From Sanchytrium tribonematis (lineage: Eukaryota), in NCBI GenBank assembly GCA_018985235.1, contig JADGIG010000034.1, forward strand, positions 1 to 36,362: DNA of 36,362 bases, given 5' to 3'. Within the stretch, counting starts at the first letter, position 1. Each line of letters opens with the position of its first letter. Shown here one piece after another: positions 10,471 to 20,595 of this stretch. A program made the position numbers and the translations under genes. Below the pieces are notes generated by a model that had not been told where the DNA came from, ran no database searches, and saw nothing but the letters and a program-made list of their open reading frames with translations.

Positions 10471-10785
10471 TTATTTACTTTTATGCCCCACAAGATCGCT
10501 GTAGCTGAATGACTTTCGGGATATCCTGCAATATGTGCTATTTTGCTCTTGCCAGCCAATTATTTGCTTGAATCTTGCGACTTCGGTCGGCGTCAAATAT
10601 ATGCTGATGATTGCTAGCCATTTTTTATCACAAATGTTTTCTCTTGGAGAATACAAAATCCTATCGTCAACTTTGATAAGGAATTTGTTCATCCTTAAAA
10701 GTTCACGTAATTCTTGTGGACGATTAAGTAAAGAACACTCTTGGTTGCTGATTGTTGGTAACACAATTTTGGCGGCCAAAGTCAT
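10471..10785 (-). CDS. Small hypothetical protein (104 aa)
   Basis: ATG-initiated ORF with protein-like composition in an otherwise unoccupied gap. Confidence 0.5.
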   Translation of the reverse strand: MTLAAKIVLPTISNQECSLLNRPQELRELLRMNKFLIKVDDRILYSPRENICDKKWLAIISIYLTPTEVARFKQIIGWQEQNSTYCRISRKSFSYSDLVGHKSK

Positions 10786-10853
10786 TTTTATTGATATCTA
10801 GTTTTAGTGGGCCGCCCCCTTTTTAATTTTAGTCTAAAAATTGGCAAAAAAGT

Positions 10854-11033
10854 TTATTGGGCGTATTGGGGCAAATTGTCAAAGCTACCCGATGAAAAAA
10901 TTAGATCATAAGGAGGTAGACCATTGATCTTGGCTTGTATTGATCTGATATAAAACTGATGTTTACGAAATTCGAAAATCTTCTCATCTGGATGTTCTAT
11001 GTGATAAAGTAGAGATCCTTTGTTGTAGGTCAT
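10854..11033 (-). CDS. Small hypothetical protein (59 aa, MTYNKGSLLYHIEHPDEKIFEFRKH...), absent from the ORF track
   Basis: ATG 11033 to TAA 10854. The stop is embedded in AATAAA like many bona fide genes here. Confidence 0.35.
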   Translation of the reverse strand: MTYNKGSLLYHIEHPDEKIFEFRKHQFYIRSIQAKINGLPPYDLIFSSGSFDNLPQYAQ

Positions 11034-11152
11034 CTTTGGTTTTGGTTGTGATGAGGTGTGACTATATACCTGATCTATTCATTAGTGATCTCTAAATATT
11101 AAAAGAGTGCTCTCCGAGTTAACATATTTGTTTTAAATCTTAAATTTTGCAA

Positions 11153-12844
11153 ATGTTGCTCTTAATTTTCTTTCAAATCGGGTCGTGTTTAAAAGTTGAA
11201 GACATGTTTGATTTTTCTGTAAATTCCTATTTGAAATTAGCGTACCCTAGAGACGAGCTTCATCCTTTAAAATGTGTCGCAAAAAATCGAACAGAGCATG
11301 AAGAGGTTATGGGAGATTATATGCTAACACTTGTTGATTCGCTGACTACTGCTATCTCCATGAGACAGCCGAATCGACTTTTGCAGCTTCTTAACTTGCT
11401 GACATTGAAAAATTTTGACCTGAATTCTACAGTTGCGGTTTTTGAAGCTAATATTCGAGTTCTAGGTTCTCTAAGCAGCACAGCCTTGCTCCTCGAAGAT
11501 ACCAAATTTTTAAAATGGTTTTCTTCCAATAACACTATAACACAACAATTACGGCAACATCAGAAAAGGCTAATATCACTTGGCAAAGATCTTGGAGACA
11601 GGCTTATGAAATCATTTGCAACCTATTCTGGTATCCCAACTTCAAAAGTCAATTTAAGATACCCATTGCAACTCTACAATGTTACGTCAGAATATGTCCG
11701 AGCAGAAAACGTTGAATCCTCTCATAGAAACACAAATTGTGCCTCGGCCGGTACTCTTTTACTGGAATTTGGTATGCTTTCAAAGCTCACTAGCAATTAT
11801 ACCTACTACCGCTATGCTCGACGAGCCTTGATCGCAGCAGTCCATACTCAAACCTATTCTGGCTTGTATGGAAACGAAATTGATGTTGATGGCCGAATTA
11901 TAGACATACACCACTCATTAGGTGGAGGCATAGATTCACTTTATGAATATTTGCTGAAAGGCTATGTAGTTTTCAATGATGAAACATTACTGGATTTATT
12001 TTACCATTCTTACCAAAATCTATTTGCTCTCAATGCGTACAAGTCTCAAACCAAATATTTCTTTAAATTCAATAAGCAGTGTATTCCTGTACTTATGCCA
12101 CCGACTTTTCACTTAAATGTCAATGCAAAAACAGGTCAACTTTTAATTCCACGCATCAATGGTTTGGCCGCATTTTTTCCTGGTTTGCAAATTCTTTTTG
12201 GGGATGTGGACTTTGCATTTTATCATTTGCTAGTATATATCAGGTTATTGGAAGTGTACCCTTTTGTACCTGAGGCCTTCAACATCAATGTCCATAATGT
12301 GGAATTTAACATGTACCTATTACGTCCCGAAGTGTATGAAAGCATGGTATTTGTCAAGTCGGCTTTCAAGGCAAGTAATTTAGAAATTGACGTGACACTG
12401 GAAAATCTTACTAAAGATTGTATGGCGCGGTTTGAAAAATATTGCAAAACTAAATGCGGATACGCTAGTTTGATAAATTTGTTGCTAAAGAAGAAAGAGG
12501 GTAGAATGGAATCCTACTTTATTAGTGAAACTTTGAAATATATGCACTTAATGTTTGAAAACGAAAAGCATCCATTCTTGAGTGAACATTTTACTTTTAC
12601 AACAGAGGGTCATCCTATTAGAGTCATGAATTGGAAAAAGCAAATGTCAGAATTTCCATTGTTTAATATTAGTATCCCTAGAATTAAAAAGATTAAATTA
12701 ACCAAAAAATGCATCAAACCGCAAAATCCTTACACAAATTTAATTGAAAATCACAAATTTTCGACTTTTGAAAATTTTATATTTACTAGGAAAGTTAGGA
12801 AATTACTAAAGAAGGCATACAGAAAGGTGCTATTTAATTTCTAG
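11153..12844 (+). CDS. GH47 alpha-1,2-mannosidase, EDEM/Mnl1(Htm1)-like
   Basis: LTLVDSLTT, FEANIRVLGSL, AGTLLLEFGMLS, GGIDSLYEYLLK, LRPEVYES, MESYFISETLKY, FTTEGHP. First ATG is 11153 (the track starts at TTG). Confidence 0.92.
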   Translation: MLLLIFFQIGSCLKVEDMFDFSVNSYLKLAYPRDELHPLKCVAKNRTEHEEVMGDYMLTLVDSLTTAISMRQPNRLLQLLNLLTLKNFDLNSTVAVFEANIRVLGSLSSTALLLEDTKFLKWFSSNNTITQQLRQHQKRLISLGKDLGDRLMKSFATYSGIPTSKVNLRYPLQLYNVTSEYVRAENVESSHRNTNCASAGTLLLEFGMLSKLTSNYTYYRYARRALIAAVHTQTYSGLYGNEIDVDGRIIDIHHSLGGGIDSLYEYLLKGYVVFNDETLLDLFYHSYQNLFALNAYKSQTKYFFKFNKQCIPVLMPPTFHLNVNAKTGQLLIPRINGLAAFFPGLQILFGDVDFAFYHLLVYIRLLEVYPFVPEAFNINVHNVEFNMYLLRPEVYESMVFVKSAFKASNLEIDVTLENLTKDCMARFEKYCKTKCGYASLINLLLKKKEGRMESYFISETLKYMHLMFENEKHPFLSEHFTFTTEGHPIRVMNWKKQMSEFPLFNISIPRIKKIKLTKKCIKPQNPYTNLIENHKFSTFENFIFTRKVRKLLKKAYRKVLFNF

Positions 12845-13540
12845 CCTAGTGCGCTTGTTTTTGAATATGCTGTCTATCTCAAACAACAATTGGAATCCCA
12901 TTAATGTTACAACCAGATTGCTTTCTATTGCTAAAATGGCAGTAATATTATATTCTGACAAACTTTGTACATAAATGATCAATAAACGACCGAAGATCAT
13001 AATTGTTAGAGTATATAAAGATACGATTTTGAAATTATTTCCTTTCATTTTGGAGCACTTTGACATTAGAGAGCCAATAGAGATAATGTAAATAAGTACC
13101 AAGAAAATGGTTTGAGTAGTTGAAGTCGCCTGAAAATTGCTAGGTAGTGAAATTATATTGCTTTTATGGGTGCATTGAAATGAGTTAATGAGTACCAATA
13201 TGGAAAATATAAATAACCCCAAGTCGAAAAGGATAATCGCAACTTTTAGAACTTTTATCGTTGATTTGAAAGACCTCAAAATCAAAAATTGAGCTGTCAG
13301 TAATGTTGATGCTATTTCTAGAGATCTAAACGTATAGATAAATGAAAAGCAGTCCATGAGATTATATTTGAGTACCATAATGCTACAAATAATTAGACAA
13401 ACATTTGAAAAAATTAGGACCAAATTCACTCTCCTTTTCTTCCTTAATAAAAAAAAGCCTAGACATATACCTTGCAAATTCGCACAAGTAGCCATGCCAA
13501 ATAGAATGATGCCGCTCACATCCTTATTGAAATTTGTCAT
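12830..13540 (-). CDS. Small 7TM GPCR-like protein, paralogue 1
   Basis: GMATCANLQG TM1 motif shared with the 14157 and 15045 genes; about 7 hydrophobic helices. Confidence 0.75.
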   Translation of the reverse strand: MTNFNKDVSGIILFGMATCANLQGICLGFFLLRKKRRVNLVLIFSNVCLIICSIMVLKYNLMDCFSFIYTFRSLEIASTLLTAQFLILRSFKSTIKVLKVAIILFDLGLFIFSILVLINSFQCTHKSNIISLPSNFQATSTTQTIFLVLIYIISIGSLMSKCSKMKGNNFKIVSLYTLTIMIFGRLLIIYVQSLSEYNITAILAIESNLVVTLMGFQLLFEIDSIFKNKRTRLEIK

Positions 13541-13668
13541 TCACAAAGACAAGACAGTCCCCAATATTTCATTAAATCGACATCCTCACCACGCCTATCA
13601 AATCTTGTTCCTCTGTTCTTCATGGCAGGTATATTTGATAAAAGCAAGTTCAAATTCACAAAGAGGAT

Positions 13669-13947
13669 TTATTCAGCTTTAACAGTTGCCCTTGTGTAAA
13701 TAAGTTGTGCGTTGCTTCTTGCAATCAGTTTGATATGTCCTTCCTTTTCAAGAGCCAAAAGTGCTTGCTTTGCGAGAGAAGCAGTTACATTAAGCTTTTC
13801 AACCAAGGCACTTTGAGTAATAACTCTCATAGGAGGAACTTCTTTATATAATTTGTCGTAAGTTTCTTGGTCTAAGACGACAGCTCTGTTGGCTTTATCC
13901 TTGACTTTTCCTTTTGACCACTTCTTTTTCTTTTGTCCTGCTGCCAT
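13669..13947 (-). CDS. RPS25: 40S ribosomal protein eS25
   Basis: KKKKWSKGKVKDKAN...YDKLYKEVP...IYTRA. Likely start is MAAGQ at 13947. Confidence 0.96.
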   Translation of the reverse strand: MAAGQKKKKWSKGKVKDKANRAVVLDQETYDKLYKEVPPMRVITQSALVEKLNVTASLAKQALLALEKEGHIKLIARSNAQLIYTRATVKAE

Positions 13948-14156
13948 TTCTCGACTAATATAATTAAGAGTTGATAGAATCAAAGTCACACGTGAATAAT
14001 ATGAAACTGATTGCCGATAATTTTTATTCGTAAACAATGGGGAATAATCATATTGATGTATGAAGATCTTTAAATGAACACACAACTAGAGGTTTTTAAG
14101 GCAAGTGCGGCGACTATCAAGAAATCCCTCTGCGATAAAGTGTTTTTCAAGCCACA

Positions 14157-14987
14157 ATGATTTTTCAAAATATCGACTGGAGTCATTACATATATTTTGG
14201 AATCGCGATCAATGCGAATTTACAGGGATTAATTATGTCTCCTTTGCTACTTATGAAGGATTTTAAACGAAATTGGTTTATTGTGATATCTAATATTCTA
14301 TATTTCATTGGAAACTGGGTCTCATTTTTCGGTAATTCCATCGATTGTGACACGGCTATGTACGTAGTACAATTAACGATAATCACAGGCTCAATCTTTG
14401 AGGTTCACACGCCTCTTGTACGCGCTTATAAATTATTGGAAGGTAAGTTGAAGAGGAGCATTCCAATACTTAGTGGATCTTTAATTATATGTATATTCTG
14501 CAGTCTCGCTGGCATTCATAGTATGTGCTACACAAGTTCGTCTCATTTTGTGAAAATATTTGTTTCGATTGTTCCAGACTTGATTGCTAGTATATTTTCC
14601 ATTTCGATTTATTTGATCTCATTTTGGAAAATCATTGAACTTATTGATAGCAGTGAATTTGGCAAGGACAATCCTAAGATGCAAATGATAAGAGCCATAG
14701 CCAAATTTTCTATGTATTTTATGGTATTAGTACGATGTTGCATGATAGGATTTTCAATAGGAGGACTCGATACAAATCAAAAACTTTCCACTGCTTTAAG
14801 AACTAATCTAGTTGTGTTCTTAATGATAGTACAACTAACTCTAGAGCTCACCAAGTCATCAGGAGAAACATCTGAACGAAGTGATGTTGAATCAGTTGGA
14901 AAAAGAAGAAATACTAGAGACGATTTCAAGGATAATAACAAACAATCTGTAAAGCCAACCCAGTCATTTGCTATAATGCACGAATAA
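14157..14987 (+). CDS. Small 7TM GPCR-like protein, paralogue 2
   Basis: GIAINANLQG, FEVHTPLVRAY, SSEFGKDN, RTNLVVFLM; high similarity to the next gene. Confidence 0.8.
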   Translation: MIFQNIDWSHYIYFGIAINANLQGLIMSPLLLMKDFKRNWFIVISNILYFIGNWVSFFGNSIDCDTAMYVVQLTIITGSIFEVHTPLVRAYKLLEGKLKRSIPILSGSLIICIFCSLAGIHSMCYTSSSHFVKIFVSIVPDLIASIFSISIYLISFWKIIELIDSSEFGKDNPKMQMIRAIAKFSMYFMVLVRCCMIGFSIGGLDTNQKLSTALRTNLVVFLMIVQLTLELTKSSGETSERSDVESVGKRRNTRDDFKDNNKQSVKPTQSFAIMHE

Positions 14988-15044
14988 ATTTTAGATGTTA
15001 TAATTTGATAATATATTTTATGTTACTCGTGGTGGCTTGTTCAA

Positions 15045-15914
15045 ATGTCATCTTCAGGAGACTATTACGATTATGCTGACTGGGGATTTTACTTCTGTTT
15101 TGGAGCCGCTATATGCGCTAATTTTCAAGGATTGTTAATATCAACCGTGCTACTTAAGAAAAACTGGAGAAGAAATATCGTGATTGTCATAGCTAACATC
15201 TGTTATTTAATCAGCAATTGGATTTCATTCGGTCAATCTACAACAGAAAATTGCACCTCTACAGGATACGCGGTCCAAATAATGCTTATCTTTGGTTCCT
15301 TATTTGAAGCTCACACCCCTTTGCTTCGAGCCTTTTCCTTACTTACACCAAGGTGGAAGAAGGCGGCGCCAATTTTAAGCGCTATAATGATTATTGCCCA
15401 ATTTTGTACCTTAATTGGTGTGCAATTTATATGTGATTCAGAAGAACATCAGTTTATGGTGGTAGTTCATAGACGATCTGCTGACGCGGTCGCTTCTTTG
15501 TTTGCAATTTATATTTATATATTGTCATTCTCTAAAATTATTCAAGTAATTGATACTAGTCAGTTTGGTAAATCAAATGGAAGAATGAAAGTCATTAGGA
15601 CTTTGTCAAAATATTCCATGCTTTTCGCTATTGCCATGAGAGTTGTTATCGCTCTATTCGACATTGGACGACTTGACAAAAATGGAAAAGTTGTTATGGC
15701 AATGAGATCGAATATTGTGGTGTTTTTAATGGCTACACAATTGTGCTTAGAACTGAGCAAGTTGAGCAGTGACGGTTCAGAGTATAGTGACTCAGATAGC
15801 ATTACCGGTGCAAACAAGGGTACAGGATCAGCGACTGGTCATACTACATCCAAATCTAAAGCTGAGCACAGAATTTCAGCTATGTCCGCGTCCTCCAAAA
15901 AATTTCACAAGTAA
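15045..15914 (+). CDS. Small 7TM GPCR-like protein, paralogue 3 (tandem duplicate)
   Basis: GAAICANFQG, FEAHTPLLRAF, TSQFGKSN, RSNIVVFLM; S/T-rich C-tail. Confidence 0.8.
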   Translation: MSSSGDYYDYADWGFYFCFGAAICANFQGLLISTVLLKKNWRRNIVIVIANICYLISNWISFGQSTTENCTSTGYAVQIMLIFGSLFEAHTPLLRAFSLLTPRWKKAAPILSAIMIIAQFCTLIGVQFICDSEEHQFMVVVHRRSADAVASLFAIYIYILSFSKIIQVIDTSQFGKSNGRMKVIRTLSKYSMLFAIAMRVVIALFDIGRLDKNGKVVMAMRSNIVVFLMATQLCLELSKLSSDGSEYSDSDSITGANKGTGSATGHTTSKSKAEHRISAMSASSKKFHK

Positions 15915-15938
15915 ATATTTTAAAATAAAGCAATTTAC

Positions 15939-16376
15939 TTAAATCAAGACAATTGTTGATAGGCCAATGATACAACTGATAACTACAGAACCAGCTACAC
16001 CACTAGTTGACTTATTTTGAGAGTTGTTTCCATTTGCAGATGATGATGAGTTTGAAGAATTGCTTGAGCTTGAGTCATTCCCAACAACCAATGTATCGTT
16101 GATACCATCGTTCTTTGAAGATACAAATTTACCACCCTGTTGAGTGATAAAATCTGCAATGCAAGAGTTATAACAATTTGCATCCGCCCCACAAGATTTT
16201 TGACATTGTGCTTGTTTATCGACAACCTTTGAGTCTCCGAATGGAACTTGTGCACATTTGCTACGACATTCTAGATTTGCAGCAGAGTCAGTGATAGAAT
16301 CGCATTTTGCGCGAGCACATTGTTCGATTTCGGCTGTGGTTAATCCAAAAATTGAAGAAATTGAAAGTAGAACCAT
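15939..16376 (-). CDS. Cys-rich secreted, probably GPI-anchored surface protein
   Basis: Signal MVLLSISSIFG, four CxxxC/CxxxxC pairs, S/N-rich spacer, hydrophobic C-terminus after TSG. Confidence 0.75.
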   Translation of the reverse strand: MVLLSISSIFGLTTAEIEQCARAKCDSITDSAANLECRSKCAQVPFGDSKVVDKQAQCQKSCGADANCYNSCIADFITQQGGKFVSSKNDGINDTLVVGNDSSSSNSSNSSSSANGNNSQNKSTSGVAGSVVISCIIGLSTIVLI

Positions 16377-16803
16377 TGTAACTGTTTCCTCCTTAGCGAC
16401 CAAAAAAATGGGGTAAATTATAATCATTAATCATCGCAAGAGAATCTCTTCCACCGTGCTGCTTTTCTTTCTTATCATGATTTCAAAATCCAGTAATAGT
16501 GTGAAACATCCTCTGTAATTTTGGATGTAAATTTATCTTATGGGACCAACTTAAAAATCTCCGACATTTCAAATGTCTAATGTAAAAATTGTATGGGCGA
16601 CAGTTTAGATTCAATGTGTCGCATTCTTCTTCGTAATAGTCGTCTAGGTTGCATTTTTTATTAGCTGAAGATAGTTGCAATAAACTTCCTTATTTACTCG
16701 AAATGAAATTTAAAGAGTTATTGTCTTTATATTTAGTGCACCATGTATTGTATTTGCACCACATTGAATGCAATTTTAAATTGCGGGGAAAGGACCAGAC
16801 AGA

Positions 16804-17322
16804 ATGAGAATTGAAAAATGCTTTTTCTGTTCATCCAACATGTATCCTGGACACGGCATACAGTTCGTTAGAAATGATGCCAAAATATTTAGGTTTTGCA
16901 GATCCAAGTGCCATAAAAACTTTAAAATGAAGAGAAATCCAAGAAAGGTTAAGTGGACAAAAGCCTTTCGAAAAGTTAGAGGAAAAGAGTTGCAGGTGGA
17001 CAGCACACTTGACTTTGAAAAGCGAAGAAATATTCCGACCAGGTACAATAGAGATTTGATGATGGACGTTTTGAAAGGAATCAAGAAAGTGAACAAAGTT
17101 AGACTAAAGAGGGAGAGATTATTCACAGTCAATAGGTTAAAGAACAAGCCAGTGCAGGATATAAAGAATGCAATCAGATTTATTGATATCCACAAGAAAC
17201 TTGCAACCAAGGAGGAATTAGAACAAGTCAGTGAGTTGAAGCAAACTCTACCTAAATCAGTTTTGACAAAGGAATCAAGACAGAAGGTAACTGTCAAGCA
17301 GGACTTAATGGAAACAGAATAA
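16804..17322 (+). CDS. RLP24: Ribosome biogenesis protein Rlp24 (eL24 paralogue)
   Basis: [25 protein letters not shown]...[27 protein letters not shown]. Confidence 0.97.
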   Translation: MRIEKCFFCSSNMYPGHGIQFVRNDAKIFRFCRSKCHKNFKMKRNPRKVKWTKAFRKVRGKELQVDSTLDFEKRRNIPTRYNRDLMMDVLKGIKKVNKVRLKRERLFTVNRLKNKPVQDIKNAIRFIDIHKKLATKEELEQVSELKQTLPKSVLTKESRQKVTVKQDLMETE

Positions 17323-17323
17323 A

Positions 17324-18670
17324 TCAACTTATTAATGTAAGCTTTCCTATAATCATTTGATCCGAAGAATCAATTTCAACTTCAATATTATTGATTTTTA
17401 CATTTATATATCCAACACAACATACTTTTCCTTCGGTCATATTAAATTGAGATTTTGTTATAACACCGATATTTTTGTTATTGTAAAATATCGCACTGTG
17501 CTTTTTAGCCACTCCTTTAATTACATGAATAAAGCACCAATACAAACTATCGTCAGATTCCTTTGGCCGAAAATGACATTCAGTTAGATCCGGTATATTA
17601 AATTCAGAAAAATTGATATTATAATCCTGAGGATAAAATGGTAGCTTGTTTTCAAAATAAAATGAGGAAATGTTATCAATTCCACAAGCTTTTACATTCT
17701 TCATTATAAATTGAATCCAAACTCGCTTGGTTAATAATTTTGGAACTAACAGGGTTGCTCTATTCATTTGAAAGCAAGACGTATTAATCCATCCAAATTT
17801 TGTATCATCAATATTATCAATGGAACTTTCACCATTAAAGATAATTCGTTTTGGTGACGCAAAATTATAGCCAAATGAATAAGCGCCATTATTGTAATGA
17901 GAAGGAAACTTGTCAAGGTTGGAAAAATCACTTTCGCATCCATTTTCGCTCATTAGGGTTTCTTTAATTTTGGATATTGATTGTTCACCGTACAGATCAA
18001 AAATAGAATGTTGCAATACGCTAAAAGAAATCTTGCAGTCGTTTAATGAAATTCTCACCTTTTGCTCTAAAAGGGGATGACTAATAATAATCATCTTTGA
18101 TGCAGAAATGTGACAATGTACCTCACCTAAAATTATATTATTAACATGAAAAAAATACAAATTCATATTATTTGAAATTTGCTCAAAATGGTTTTCTATA
18201 TAAGCGTCGTTTCTAGATGCTATAAAAGTTGTCCAATATGACCTGTCATGAATTACACTCGAAATTTTACTACATTTAATCAAGTGTTTATAACACTTTA
18301 GTGTGGGAAATGAAGCAATTTTAAATGAATATAGATTAATCATTTTCATTCTTTTCGCATGCCAAATGTGAGTTGCCAGCCATTTTGAATTTGAGTTTGA
18401 TTTTCGATTGCTATAGTTTCTAATTCGATGAGGAAACTTTTTTATCTTTGAATTGTAGCTATTCGCTCTTCTTCGTAAATAGTGGGGTAGTCTCTGATTA
18501 GGTAATCTAATTTTAAGTTTGTCGCTTTGTTTGATACTTTGCTCTATGTTCTTAATTTCATTTGCTCTTAGCAAAACAAATTGCTCAACATTGATAACAT
18601 CTTCTTTGGGCAATGTTACGTCAATTGTTGGCCTAGCTTTTCGTTTCTGTAAAGCTACTTTATTTTTCAT
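17324..18670 (-). CDS. POP1: RNase P/MRP subunit Pop1 (compact, 448 aa)
   Basis: QRLPHYLRRRANSYN, WLATHIWHAKRMKM, IHDRSY, and PFYPQDY in the POPLD region. Confidence 0.92.
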   Translation of the reverse strand: MKNKVALQKRKARPTIDVTLPKEDVINVEQFVLLRANEIKNIEQSIKQSDKLKIRLPNQRLPHYLRRRANSYNSKIKKFPHRIRNYSNRKSNSNSKWLATHIWHAKRMKMINLYSFKIASFPTLKCYKHLIKCSKISSVIHDRSYWTTFIASRNDAYIENHFEQISNNMNLYFFHVNNIILGEVHCHISASKMIIISHPLLEQKVRISLNDCKISFSVLQHSIFDLYGEQSISKIKETLMSENGCESDFSNLDKFPSHYNNGAYSFGYNFASPKRIIFNGESSIDNIDDTKFGWINTSCFQMNRATLLVPKLLTKRVWIQFIMKNVKACGIDNISSFYFENKLPFYPQDYNINFSEFNIPDLTECHFRPKESDDSLYWCFIHVIKGVAKKHSAIFYNNKNIGVITKSQFNMTEGKVCCVGYINVKINNIEVEIDSSDQMIIGKLTLIS

Positions 18671-18773
18671 GTTTTATCCTAGAGAACTTTCAATGTAAAA
18701 TAACATGTAAATTTAATAGGCAGCCGCACCTGGCTCTAACTAATTCCTTTTGAATCCATCAATTCAATGCAAT

Positions 18774-18788
18774 ACGCGTCATACGCGT
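18774..18788. promoter_or_regulatory. Tandem MCB elements (ACGCGT at 18774-18779 and 18783-18788)
   Basis: ATACGCGTC repeated twice about 40-55 nt upstream of the MBP1-like ATG, in the divergent POP1/MBP1 promoter. Confidence 0.7.
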
Positions 18789-18828
18789 CGAAGTGTGGCT
18801 GGTGATTGAAACATCAAAATATCAAATT

Positions 18829-20503
18829 ATGATTTATAGCGCTATATACTCTGGAGTTCAAGTTTATGAAATTAGAGTGAGAAACGTGGATGTAATGAGA
18901 AGAATGGAAGATAACTGGGTGAACGCCACACAAATTTTGAAAGTAGGAGATATTGATAAGCCTCAAAGAACTAAAATACTTGAAAGAGAAGTGCAAACAG
19001 GAAGACACGAAAAAGTTCAGGGCGGCTATGGAAAATATCAGGGAACATGGGTTCCATTTGAACGTGGTGTGCAATTAGCTAAAGATTACAATGTGTACCA
19101 TGTCATGAGTGAGATATTGGAATATATACCCGGCGAATCACAAATACAGCAAAAGAGATCACTGCCATCTAACCCAACCCCAAAACCACCCAAGAAAAAG
19201 AAGACTAGTAATTCTACTGCAATTTCCACCACAACCACAAGAAAAAATAATGTATCTAACGAATCTAAAAGCATTCCTACCGCTACATTTACTTATAATG
19301 TTCCACAGCCAAAAGACTATCGAGACCTTCTGATCAAATCGCTTCTGGAAAGTTCAATGGGTACACCGCCGTTTCTGTTAAAATTACCTCTGGATCTGGA
19401 TCTACAAATGAATTTGGACGCACAAGGACACTCGGCATTACACTGGGCATGTGCTCTTGCAAGAGTAGACATAGTCCGACACTTGTTGAAGATAGGAAAA
19501 GAGCGAAATGTAAATTTAAAACATCACCTTAATGTATTTGGACAATCCCCGCTTATGCGAGCCATCATGTATGCAGATAATTATGAGGAAAAAAGATTTC
19601 CGGAACTATTGGAAATGTTCAAGGATTCAATTTTCTCCATTGACTATATGAATCGCACAATCTTGCATCATATTGCCATAGTTTCTGGCGATGAGGGTAA
19701 GCAAGCCGCTTGTAATTATTACCTGAAATGCATTTTTGAGCTTCCAATTCAAGGTAAAGAAAAATTGCTGGACTTTGTTGATTTAGACGGACTTACCGCC
19801 CTTCAATTAGCTTTTATTAAGAAAAACAATAATTTGGCTAAAATTTTAATGAATTCGGGAGCCAAGCCTCCATCAATCTCGACACGTCCACTGGCTCAGC
19901 CAGCAGATCCTAATTCTCTCACTTACTTGGAAAATTTAAATTCAAGTTACTCTTCCCAAATATCACTATCACTGAAAGAGGCCAGAGAACTCAAATCTCA
20001 GCTAGACAGTCTGCAAAGTGTGGCTGGAGATTACTTAAATCAATACGAGCGTGTTAAAGCTATGAATAATGACCTGTCAAAACTTAAAGATCGAGAAGAA
20101 ACTTTAAAGAAGACTTTGAAGAAACTCAAGGTAGACATGTTTGATTTGGATATTAAAAATTATGTAAGAAAACATCCTAATTTGGAAATTCCATCAGACA
20201 ACTTAGACTTAAGAAATTTCGCATCTGAATATGTCTTGTCTTCTCAAAAGCCTGAAGTTCTAAGCCAAATGGCAAAAAATCTCCCGAAATTGAAAGAATA
20301 TGTCGAAAAGCAACAATTTCCAAAAGCCATGCTCGATGAGTGGGTGAACACTGTTGCAGATGGACATAAGGATGAAATAATTCGAGAAGGTTAATATTAT
20401 TCATGTAGATAACAGAGGAATTTCAAAGCTGAATCTATTGAAGAACATTATGACCAAAATATGTAACGTGAACGAGGCAGAATTAATAAAATTAGCACAA
20501 TAA
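18829..20503 (+). CDS. MBP1: MBF/SBF DNA-binding subunit (Mbp1/Swi4/Res-like: APSES/KilA-N, ankyrin repeats, C-terminal heterodimerisation motif); exons 18829-20389 and 20409-20503
   Basis: [63 protein letters not shown]. The spliced tail is [17 protein letters not shown]. Confidence 0.88.
20390..20408 (+). other. 19-nt spliceosomal intron GTTAATATTATTCATGTAG
   Basis: Contains the apparent stop. Removal gives [32 protein letters not shown], with the stop embedded in AATAAA. Confidence 0.8.
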
Positions 20504-20595
20504 ATTATAATTTTCGGAAATTTGTTTCAAAAGTGATTGGACAAATTCACGAAAATAAAAAATCTACACAAAATTCATTCTATTTCTACTATATA

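Noticed and set aside
11047..11073. C/D box snoRNA (GTGATGA...CTGA)
   Set aside because: Boxes are too close, with no terminal stem or identifiable rRNA guide.
16483..16680. 65-aa minus-strand ORF
   Set aside because: Non-ATG start and no motifs; it lies in the divergent promoter region before RLP24.
16776..17327. 183-aa antisense ORF and the other short antisense or nested ORFs in the track
   Set aside because: Shadows of well-supported genes (here RLP24) with no family motifs.
18807..18813. TGAAACA Ste12 pheromone-response elements (also near 16502 and 20523)
   Set aside because: Single copies of an AT-rich 7-mer are expected by chance; no clustering.
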